Shown: positions 53,989 through 64,000 of the stretch, piece by piece
Layout of the letters: every line of letters begins with the position of its first letter
Numbering within the stretch: the first letter of the stretch is position 1
Origin: Eledone cirrhosa
Taxonomy: Eukaryota
Direction of reading: 5' to 3'
NCBI GenBank assembly: GCA_964016885.1
Contig: OZ024740.1
Location: 126,666,001-126,730,000, forward strand
Length of the DNA: 64,000 nt
Notes under the pieces: model-generated
What the model was told of the DNA's origin: nothing
The model's database searches: none
The model's input: the letters and a program-made list of their open reading frames with translations, nothing else
Position numbers and translations under genes: made by a program

Positions 53989-54594
53989 TAATATTTGCAT
54001 TAGAATGGAAGATGAATGTATTTGAAAATACCCGATAATTGTATCTATCAATTTAATAAGTTTAAGAATGTAATGCAATGATTAAACCCCAGCGTCGTAG
54101 ATATTAAAATAAACTTTATATATCGTTGATGATCGCAGTACAGTTCATTAAGGGAGATAGATAGAGAGAGAGAGGGGGGAGAGATAGTGAGGGAGAGAGA
54201 GAGAGAGCGAGAGAGAGAGAGAGAGAGAGAGTGTGTGTGTGTTTGTGAAAGAGAGAGAGAGAGAGAGAGAGAGAGATAGTGCAATAGAGAGCGTGCGCGT
54301 CTGGGGTTGTAGGTAAAGAATAAATCATAAAGGAAATTAGATGAAATATCTTTAATAAGGAAATTTGTTCAATGTCTGGATTTCCTGTTAAAATGTAAAG
54401 AATGACGTTTAATGTCACATCAGTCTAAATTCAAAGACATTTTCAGATAGTGAGTAATGTAACAGACATTTTACATTGTATTTTGAATTATATTACCTCT
54501 GCAAGTTATACTATTCCTATTACCATACGATTGGACACGAAACGTACGACATATTATTTCATATGTCTTTAATGAAATCAATAAGTAGCAATTT

Positions 54595-54770
54595 CTAATT
54601 TAACGTAAAGCTCAGCTAGTTCGGGGAAAGGGTATGATGATTAAATATTTCCTAGGAAAACGAAAAACAAAAATTGATCTCTGCGGAATTTGAAATCAGA
54701 GCTTAAAAGAACCGAACGCAACGCCACAAAGCTTTTATTAGGCGTTCTAATGGCTCTTTCAAGTCAGCCT
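54595..54770 (-). mobile_element. Degenerate SINE fragment
   Basis: GCGGAATTTGAAATCAGA is the reverse complement of the SINE B-box region. Confidence 0.5.
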
Positions 54771-55444
54771 GTGAAACATCGGGGAACAATATCATCTTGG
54801 ACTATGGCATATTTTGTCTTACACTAATAGTATGCAACTACGATTCATTTACAGTCTGGTTATATAGATTGTTACAATTTTTCCCTCAATAAATAGCGAT
54901 CTGCATGTGAATAATGAATACTTATTAATCTAGATTTCAAATGTGCACGTATTAATGCATAGGTATACTATTATTTCCTAATTCATATATATGCATGTGG
55001 TTTATATACAGACGGATGTATATAAAAACTGAATGTGGGCATTACACCGCTTGAAAAAGAAAAAAAAAAAGATAAATCTATTGTGATGTTATTTTCAAAA
55101 TATACCTACACTAGAAGAACATACAGAAAACAATTCTGTCTACTACACTTCTCATAAGATGCAGGAACCCATTAGCTGGATATTATATCGAAAGGATTTT
55201 GAGATCTTTTCTGCTTCTCAAATTGAATTTATTAGTGAAGTAAACAATGTGAAGTATTTAAAATTGACAATGAAAGCCGTTCATATATCGTAGTTAGCCA
55301 TAGCGGTGTTTGGTATTTTATTATTAGTAAACGCACGCTTTTAGCCTTACTGTGTATAAAACTAAATTAATTTGTTGTAATGTTTATAACAGGTATTACA
55401 ACAGTCTTTTAGAGTATGTGCAAATATTTCTGGACATCACAATG

Positions 55445-55915
55445 TTCTTCTTCTTCGCCCACTTATTTCTGAGAACGCCGTGAAGGCAGACTCCTCAAAC
55501 AATCTTTCCAGTGGGTCCTGCCACATAGAACCGGCTCCAACTGATCCGCCTGGAACCCCAAGCGAGACCAGCCAAACTCATAGATGTTATCCAACCATGT
55601 TCCTTGAGGTTTACCTCTGGATCTCCGGCTGGCTGGATTTGCACATAAGATCTGTTCGGTGATTCCTTCCGAGACATTCTAACCAGAAGCCTATGGTATC
55701 AGAGCTGTGATCTTCTCAATTTGGAGAAGTAGTGATTCTGGAATGACTCTGATTTCCGAGCTACACACACTATCGAGTAACGTTATCCGAAAGACCCTTC
55801 GGAGGAGTTACACTTCAGCCGCTTGTATACGCGATCGTACTCTTTCGATCATTACGCACAAGACATGACTATAGGTAAAGGTAGGCATGAAGATAACGAG
55901 TTTGGCTTCTACTCT
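55445..55915 (-). mobile_element. RTE 3' fragment related to 51752-52230
   Basis: Shared (TTC)n tail, GAGACATTCTAAC, TATCGAGTAACGTTA and GAAGATAACGAGTTTGGCTT segments. Confidence 0.75.
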
Positions 55916-56539
55916 TATGTATGATGACACAATTTACGTTTGGTTGTAGTTTCATATTATATGCTGTACATGGCCGTGTGGTTAAGAAGATCGCACCTTC
56001 TATGATAGGTTTGGTTTGACCAATAACATGTAATATGAATTTTGAAGGTGGTAAATAGGCAGAAACACAGGAATTGAATTGTCATATAAGTGAATATGTA
56101 TGTCAGGAAAACAAGTACATTTAACTTAGTATCAGAGTGACACAGTGTGTGTTCACTCATGGGAGTACAGCTATATTCAATCCAAAGCAGGCCCTCACGA
56201 TATTGCCGTCAATAGTCTGAATATAACAGACTGGTCGACCAGAGTTTAAAGTTAAGAAAAGCATTTCCCCTAGAATATGGCTTAATGGTAATAAAACAGT
56301 CACATCCAATGATAGTGATATTTCGGTCTAACATGTTATGCATAGTAATACGCAGCCCCTTGCGAATATGTAGCTTTCGTGTTATTGGCCTTTACATTCT
56401 AAAGAAATGGGTTTTCTGAGTTATATTCTATTTGAAAAATTGTTCTTCATATTGTGAGAACCAGTTTGCTTTCTGCCCACATGTTTGTAATGATATTAGT
56501 TTCTCGCTCGTATTAAAACCTCTCATCAAACACATTCAG

Positions 56540-58200
56540 TGTTTCATAGAAGATGATTAAGACTTTCTCAACTATCTACCGGATAATGTAAGCTCAAACA
56601 CTCACACGGTATCATTGGATGCTGTGAGCCTCTACAGTATTCTTCCACACGGTTACAAATTCGAAGCCATAATATACTGGTTAGATACATTCCTTTATGA
56701 ACTACCGAGTAACTTTAATAAGAATTTCAATGTAGACGGACTTGAATTCATTAAACAAAATATTATTTTACTTTCGTTAACATAGCTCACAAAGTGAAAT
56801 CAGGAACTACTATGGAGACAAACATTGCACTTACATATGTCAGCCTAGTCAGGGGATACCATGAATTACAAATTAACAAAAACACAGAACATTGGATATT
56901 GAAATATATATGAAATTCACTGACTTCTAACATACCTCCTTTTTACATCTTCTCATCCATCACCCACCCGTACCAACATCTCTTTTAACTTAGCAAAGCG
57001 AATATATACACTATCATCATACCCAAACATCAGAGACCACAAACATGAAGAGATGGAGCAAACATTAATGAAGAGAAAATATCCTCAAAATGTAATCAAC
57101 AATAGTATCCAAAAAAATACAAGTCAAATCTAAACACACGAGAAATGAGAAAAAAAGGTCATACCATACATTTCAACTTTCACTCCAAAGAACACAGACA
57201 TACAGTTACATTCAACTAACCATCTTACTAAAGGACGAGATGATATACAAAATCCTTCTGACAAGAGCACCTAATCATTAAAGGTAAACGAAAACCCAAA
57301 TCACTAAAGGAGATAGCAACGGATGCAAAACTACAAACCGTTATTAAAGATCCTGTAGTAAAAGTGTACAATCAACTACACTGCGGTGTATTCTACTATC
57401 CATTAGAAGTCAACGAATTTAATTTCAAAGAAGGTTCTATCTTTGAAAGTAAAAAGAAAAAAAAATTATCTTGCAACTTGGAGAATCTAATATACATTAC
57501 AGAAATGTCTGCCATCAACATTATATTGGATAAAAAGGCACTTCATTCCAAAAACGAATGACATTCATCGTCAACAAATCAAGAACTAACATACCAGAAA
57601 GATCCTTCTATGACAACATATAGAGGAATGTGGAGGACGAATTCTGCCTGATTTCGATATATTTCCATTCTAACAGAGTAGAGAAGATTTCATTCAGGTA
57701 AAAAGGGATAATAAGTAAATACTTTTCATTATTACGTTTCAACCAAAATTCAACTATTTACACACTTAAAAAAAGGATTTCTCTGAAAAGCATGGATTAC
57801 GTCCCTTGTAATGAACACTATCCTCATCAATATAAGTGACAAAAACAAAACCAGTTCCAGATCTGGTGTTAAACAAGAACACAAGTATCCAACCAGGTGA
57901 CACAAAGAAAAACATTCGAAAGAATGTTACGAAATCGGTGAAACTAAAGAAAAATACAATAAATAATCAATGAATTACGTGACGAATGGAGACACAAACC
58001 TAAATAACCTAAACGTCATTCATTGAATTTTTTTTAAAACCCTATTTTCCCTATAACACCAGATTTGTAAATAAATCCCCAACGTTTTAATTTTTCACTG
58101 TATATATCTATATAAATTTCCTGAAATGTGTATACTTTTTTATTGGCGACCTCTGTGTAAATTATCCTCCACACTCGCAGTAAACACATTTGATCTTGTT
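56540..58200 (+). mobile_element. Old decayed Penelope-like element (RT + GIY-YIG relic)
   Basis: Remnants LDAVSLYSILPH..EAIIYWL, SGTTMETNIALTYVSLVRGYHE (cf. GTAMG..AP.YA.L.MG..E), SCNLENLIY...YIG. Confidence 0.7.
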
Positions 58201-58282
58201 TGTAAACCAAACCGTAAGTATATATTCATATAAATCATTATATAATGGCTTAACATAGCCTAACCTTCAACATTACGAATAC

Positions 58283-58325
<43 letters not shown>

Positions 58326-58353
58326 GGTGTGTGTGTGTGTATATATATATATA

Positions 58354-58385
<32 letters not shown>

Positions 58386-58422
58386 AAGGATAACAAAATA
58401 TCGTTAAAGGTAATATATATAT

Positions 58423-58526
<104 letters not shown>

Positions 58527-58617
58527 CGAAGGAAATATGGTAAGGAACCAGGTGGACCATAACGCACCAAAGTACTCAATACTTGAGGTAGTAGAGTGGG
58601 TAATAGGAACCAGTAAG

Positions 58618-58711
58618 ACCCCGACAGCTGAGCTCAAGCCGTTTCGACGGCTAATTCTGGACTAAATGAAAATTTATCCTGGTATTTAAATAGCCGATCT
58701 TCTCAAGGGGT
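58618..58711 (-). ncRNA. Type I hammerhead ribozyme, U3-A8 core variant
   Basis: Minus strand ACCCC-TTGAGAA-GA(T)CGGCTA...TAGCCGTC-GAAA-CGGCT TGAGCTC AGCTG-TC-GGGGT: three stems, GUC cleavage triplet (cut between 58623 and 58622). Confidence 0.82.
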
Positions 58712-59834
58712 AATTCCATATATGGTCAAAGTGATTGTCAAAAATCAGTAGTAATTATGTGGTTGCAAATTAGTAGGGGAGATAGTGGCTAAACCTGCCA
58801 GTAGGAGAAAGAGGGGAGGGGTGGAGTAGCCCCAATCAAGCGTTTGTAGTGCCAGCTACAGCTGGGCATGAGGTCAAAGAAGATACAGGGGAGGGGGAGG
58901 GGGAGGAAGTCGGAACGGTAGGTAGAACAATGGGGGGTAGAAATATATAGGAAAGAAAAAATACTGAGTGAAGAAAAGCAAATAAGTGTAAAGAAAAACA
59001 AATGAGTGTAAAGAAAAAAGTAAAGTAAATTAAATTCTACGACCTAGGTCTCAGGCTATTGTTAGGCTAGAAAAAATAAATAAATAAAGAAAGAAAGAAG
59101 TAAAGAAAGAAATAAAGAAATAACGAAATAAGTAAAAGAACTAGGTGGGACGGTATAGGCGAGGACCCTTTTAAGAGGTATAAGTACGTAAATGATACGG
59201 TGACGGGTCAACAAAAGGGGCCAAAATACTAAAGAGACTACCACGAAATAAACAATAAAGGTTTCCATCCCGGGCACAATTCCAGCAACCACCCAGTGCA
59301 GCAGGGTGAACTAATACGAGATAATAATTCTGAGTCCCGAGAAAAATATATACTAATGCTAACTCTAAAAGATCTAAAACAAGCTACATGAAAGTTCGTA
59401 CGAAGTAAAGGTAGAATACGGAAGAATAAATTCAGAATCCACCCCGCCCAAAAGAAAAGCGAAGAAAGAAATACTGAAACGAAAAAATAAGGCATAAGTG
59501 CCACTAAGAAATATAGAGGGCACAGAGAATAGTGGGAGCGGTCGGAAAAAGGGGACAAGTATCCGGGGTCCAAACCAACTGCTATAAAGGGCGGAGTCCG
59601 CCAAATCTATCCTAGACTAGGGGAGGGGGTGGGGGTACTAAGGCTACAAGGGGCCAAAGGGCAGCCTCGGGTGGGCGAGAAAAGACGCCGACAAAGGAGA
59701 AGAGCTGGGGTAGAAGGACTAAGGAGAGAGGGGGGAAGGAAGGAAATAAAGGAAGCGATAAAATAATACAAAGAAGATCTTACGTCTCCCTTGGCAAGCA
59801 GGGGTTACCCATTGCAAAATCGGCAAGTGGGGTG

Positions 59835-61340
59835 TTATAGCCCTAGTCTACCCCCCCCCCCCCCACCCGGGTCATTATGGGGTTTGAGGGCGAGGTAAGT
59901 CCTACGCAATCTATGTTTACATGCAGTAACCAGTTCATCTTTCTTGTTTAGGAGTTGGTCCGTCGAAAACAGCATTTGTAAAGTTTGCTCCGAGCATAAA
60001 TTGCACGGACGGCGTCCTCCCGTGTAAGAATTGGCTCTGGACAGTAATCTCCAAGTGAGATCATAGGTGATGTTGTTGTCCTTGAGGTCCCATATGTGGC
60101 CCGAAAGTGTAGTGGCGTGACGCCGGGCCGGGTTTCGGAAGGTATGTCTATGTTGGTATAGCCGGGTCTTGAAGTCACATGCGGTAAGTCCTATATAGGC
60201 TTTGTTGGAGGTATCCGTCCTCACGTTGCACTGGTAGATCACATTACGGTCTCTGCATCTATTGTCGAGTGGGCAAATAGATCTATCCGGGCAGTTACAC
60301 CTCCTAGTCGGTTCTCCACTGCTATTTAGGTTATTTCTGCCATCGGGGTTGAGTTTTTTGTTGTTAGAGGAGACGATGTTTTGTGCGAAGTTTGGTATAG
60401 TGCTGTAAGAGAGTTTGATGGTATTTTTGTTAATTATGTTGTGGTAGCGGTGTTGTAATGGGAAGTGTTTTTCAATGAGCCTAAAGAATAGTTTCCCGAT
60501 GGGAGTTGTCACCTCTGCGTTGTGGGGAGGATTGAACCATGTTACATTGCGTGAGCGGCGGTGTCTCCTGCTGGTTCCGCTAATGGGAGCTGGACAGTAG
60601 GATATTTCCTCCCGGAAACCACTCCGCTTGAGGGCCTGGTTGTAATAAGGCGCATGTTCATCGAATATCCGCTCATTAGCTGACAAACGGGATATGCGGA
60701 GGGAGATGTTTTTGACCAGGTTGTTTGTGATGTTCCTAGGATGGTTTGATCGGCGGTGGATGTAGTGCAGATTGTCATTAGGTTTCCTGTATGGGTAGTA
60801 CAGGTCGTTTTCGAGGTCGAGGGTCACGTCCAGGAAGTTTACTCTGGTCAGGGACGTTTGTAGGGTTATTTTAAATCCCCAGTCGCGGAAGAATCTGATT
60901 AATTGTTTCCGGACCCGATCTGTACTACTGGGGTTGTACCCTTTAAGGGTAAGGAGCCCATCATCACGGTACAATCCACCACCGAATGCAGGAAACATAT
61001 CAGTGAGTTTGGCTATTAGGAATAATCCTATAAGATCTGTGACCTCCGCCGAATCCGTGGCGCCCATGCTGACGTCGAAGGGTGAGTCGGGAGCTCTTTT
61101 TATCCATTTAGAGTCGTCAAAGAGTAAGACTGTCTTCCTGGCGTGGAGGATGATTTTTCTTTCCTGGTCGGTGATGGGCACAAGTGTTTCGGCGAAGTCC
61201 AAGGCGGCAGTAAGTAGCGGTAAGGTGATTGAAGCATAGTAGCTCTCTATGTCGAACTGTATGAATTTAGTTTCTCGTTTATCTTCCATATTGCTGAACC
61301 AGGAGATTACTTCCTGGGTGTTGATCCATAGGCTAAGTCG
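59835..61340 (-). CDS. Penelope-type RT core + C-terminal GIY-YIG endonuclease (open frame, N-terminally truncated)
   Basis: FDIESYY, VSMG, LYRDDGL, FLDV, SNHP, CNC-x5-CPL, NVIYQC..YIGLT..FKTR..H, CNLC, LLNK..CKH. Confidence 0.9.
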   Translation of the reverse strand, partial: RLSLWINTQEVISWFSNMEDKRETKFIQFDIESYYASITLPLLTAALDFAETLVPITDQERKIILHARKTVLLFDDSKWIKRAPDSPFDVSMGATDSAEVTDLIGLFLIAKLTDMFPAFGGGLYRDDGLLTLKGYNPSSTDRVRKQLIRFFRDWGFKITLQTSLTRVNFLDVTLDLENDLYYPYRKPNDNLHYIHRRSNHPRNITNNLVKNISLRISRLSANERIFDEHAPYYNQALKRSGFREEISYCPAPISGTSRRHRRSRNVTWFNPPHNAEVTTPIGKLFFRLIEKHFPLQHRYHNIINKNTIKLSYSTIPNFAQNIVSSNNKKLNPDGRNNLNSSGEPTRRCNCPDRSICPLDNRCRDRNVIYQCNVRTDTSNKAYIGLTACDFKTRLYQHRHTFRNPARRHATTLSGHIWDLKDNNITYDLTWRLLSRANSYTGGRRPCNLCSEQTLQMLFSTDQLLNKKDELVTACKHRLRRTYLALKPHNDPGGGGGGRLGL

Positions 61341-64000
61341 TAGTAGAGCACTTTCCGACCCTACCACGCCGTATCCAGACTTTTCCGCTAAGCTCAATTC
61401 ATTTCACCCGCACCCTGCGAAAACACAACATTGACTTCTCTACCAAGAACATCCCAATCCCACCGAAAAAACTTTACCTTCGGATGCTCACGCAAAAAAT
61501 CGATCTATTTGCGAAAAGACTTAGATGGAGAACTTTTTTCTATGACAGATATTGCGACAACCAAGACTTCGGCACCAAGGAGAGATTCGGATTTATTACC
61601 TACAAATCTCCGCCCCTGAACCCCTTGCTCGCACCCTTCGAGAATGACCTCTTCCAACTGGTCAAGAACATTAAATTTAAACCCAGACACAACCGATTCC
61701 TACAAAAACTCCGTAGCAACCTAACAGAGTATGATAACACAAATGACATCATGGTGCATTCGGATAAAACTGGGAACCTATACTTTGTCAACCCTGACAG
61801 ATACCACACACTGATCAGGAGCAGCCTAAACTCCACCTATAAAAAGGCCAACCACTCTTGCATCGAGGACATAAATCGAGATGGACAACAAATCACCTCC
61901 AGCCTCGGGGTCGCCGACCGGACGGAACCTCTAGACCCACGGACACCATACTTCACACTGAAGGACCATAAATCCGATTTTGACCGTAAACCCTCTATCA
62001 GGCTTATTAACCCAACGAAGTCCGACATAGGGAGAATCAGCAAAAAAATCCTAGACCGCGTGATACCAAAAGTCAAGCAACACACCCGACTTAGCCTATG
62101 GATCAACACCCAGGAAGTAATCTCCTGGTTCAGCAATATGGAGGATAAACGAGAAACTAAATTCATACAGTTCGACATAGAGAGCTACTATGCTTCAATC
62201 ACCTTACCGCTACTTACTGCCGCCTTGGACTTCGCCGAAACACTTGTGCCCATCACCGACCAGGAAAGAAAAATCATCCTCCACGCCAGGAAGACAGTCT
62301 TACTCTTTGACGACTCTAAATGGATAAAAAGAGCTCCCGACTCACCCTTCGACGTCAGCATGGGCGCCACGGATTCGGCGGAGGTCACAGATCTTATAGG
62401 ATTATTCCTAATAGCCAAACTCACTGATATGTTTCCTGCATTCGGTGGTGGATTGTACCGTGATGATGGGCTCCTTACCCTTAAAGGGTACAACCCCAGT
62501 AGTACAGATCGGGTCCGGAAACAATTAATCAGATTCTTCCGCGACTGGGGATTTAAAATAACCCTACAAACGTCCATGACCAGAGTAAACTTCCTGGACG
62601 TGACCCTCGACCTCGAAAACGACCTGTACTACCCATACAGGAAACCTAATGACAATCTGCACTACATCCACCGCCGATCAAACCATCCTAGGAACATCAC
62701 AAACAACCTGGTCAAAAACATCTCCCTCCGCATATCCCGTTTGTCAGCTAATGAGCGGATATTCGATGAACATGCGCCTTATTACAACAGGCCCTCAAGC
62801 GGAGTGGTTTCCGGGAGGAAATATCCTACTGTCCAGTTCCCATTAGCGGAACCAGCAGGAGACACCGCCGCTCACGCAATGTAACATGGTTCAATCCTCC
62901 CCACAACGCAGAGGTGACAACTCCCATCGGGAAACTATTCTTTAGGCTCATTGAAAAACACTTCCCATTACAACACCGCTACCACAACATAATTAACAAA
63001 AATACCATCAAACTCTCTTACAGCACTACACCAAACTTCGCACAAAACATCGTCTCCTCTAACAACAAAAAACTCAACCCCGATGGCAGAAATAACCTAA
63101 ATAGCAGTGGAGAACCGACCAGGAGGTGTAACTGCCCGGATAGATCTATTTGCCCACTCGACAATAGATGCAGAGACCGTAATGTGATCTACCAGTGCAA
63201 CGTGAGGACGGATACCTCCAACAAAGCCTATATAGGACTTACCGCATGTGACTTCAAGACCCGGCTATACCAACATAGACATACCTTCCGAAACCCGGCC
63301 CGGCGTCACGCCACTACACTTTCGGGCCACATATGGGACCTCAAGGACAACAACATCACCTATGATCTCACTTGGAGATTACTGTCCAGAGCCAATTCTT
63401 ACACGGGAGGACGCCGTCCGTGCAATTTATGCTCGGAGCAAACGTTACAAATGCTGTTTTCGACGGACCAACTCCTAAACAAGAAAGATGAACTGGTTAC
63501 TGCATGTAAACATAGATTGCGTAGGACTTACCTCGCCCTCAAACCCCATAATGACCCGGGTGGGGGGGGGGGGGGTAGACTAGGGCTATAACACCCCACT
63601 TGCCGATTTTGCAATGGGTAACCCCTGCTTGCCAAGGGAGACGTAAGATCTTCTTTGTATTATTTTATCGCTTCCTTTATTTCCTTCCTTCCCCCCTCTC
63701 TCCTTAGTCCTTCTACCCCAGCTCTTCTCCTTTGTCGGCGTCTTTTCTCGCCCACCCGAGGCTGCCCTTTGGCCCCTTGTAGCCTTAGTACCCCCACCCC
63801 CTCCCCTAGTCTAGGATAGATTTGGCGGACTCCGCCCTTTATAGCAGTTGGTTTGGACCCCGGATACTTGTCCCCTTTTTCCGACCGCTCCCACTATTCT
63901 CTGTGCCCTCTATATTTCTTAGTGGCACTTATGCCTTATTTTTTCGTTTCAGTATTTCTTTCTTCGCTTTTCTTTTGGGCGGGGTGGATTCTGAATTTAT
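61341..64000 (+). mobile_element. Penelope-like element, longer copy (runs off the window end)
   Basis: RT + GIY-YIG ORF followed by a pyrimidine-rich 3' UTR. Confidence 0.93.
61343..63591 (+). pseudogene. Penelope-type polyprotein with a single 1-bp frameshift at ~62788
   Basis: Frame open from the inversion junction (..STKNIPIP..KRLRWR..DKT..YRDD); TACAACAGGCC here versus TACAACCAGGCC in the inverted copy; endonuclease part in ORF 62914-63591. Confidence 0.88.

Noticed and set aside
58090-58200. Possible hammerhead at the 3' end of the old Penelope relic
   Set aside because: Core too degenerate (CTGAAATG, no GAAA) to support.
61341-61397. N-terminal MSLAEKSGYGVVGSESALL of the 520-aa minus ORF
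   Set aside because: Starts at TTG and is the antisense of the neighbouring plus copy across the inversion junction; a fortuitous fusion.

Overview
AT-rich, microsatellite-dense eukaryotic DNA, probably intergenic or intronic. The SINE, LINE and Penelope content looks cephalopod (Octopus-like), which is an inference. No confidently identifiable host gene. Two microsatellite-associated retroelement systems dominate. (1) A ~22 kb stack (21.3-43.5 kb) of non-LTR retrotransposons separated by (ATT)n tracts: Dong/R4-type RT-RLE elements all on the minus strand, and two Tx1-type (APE-RT) families plus a SINE all on the plus strand. The Tx1 5' UTRs start exactly at a GG that pairs with downstream sequence in a possible pseudoknot. 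(2) Three Penelope-type insertions next to (TA)n, each with a 5'-to-5' inverted architecture and a type I hammerhead ribozyme that can be folded by eye. These are a 586-bp palindrome (1.1-1.7 kb), a non-coding ~671-bp unit (12.7-13.7 kb) and a young RT + GIY-YIG element (58.5-64 kb) whose hammerhead has a U3-A8 core. The rest is decayed RTE LINEs, an old Penelope relic, SINEs, a possible solo LTR and simple repeats. All structures were derived manually and no database search was run.
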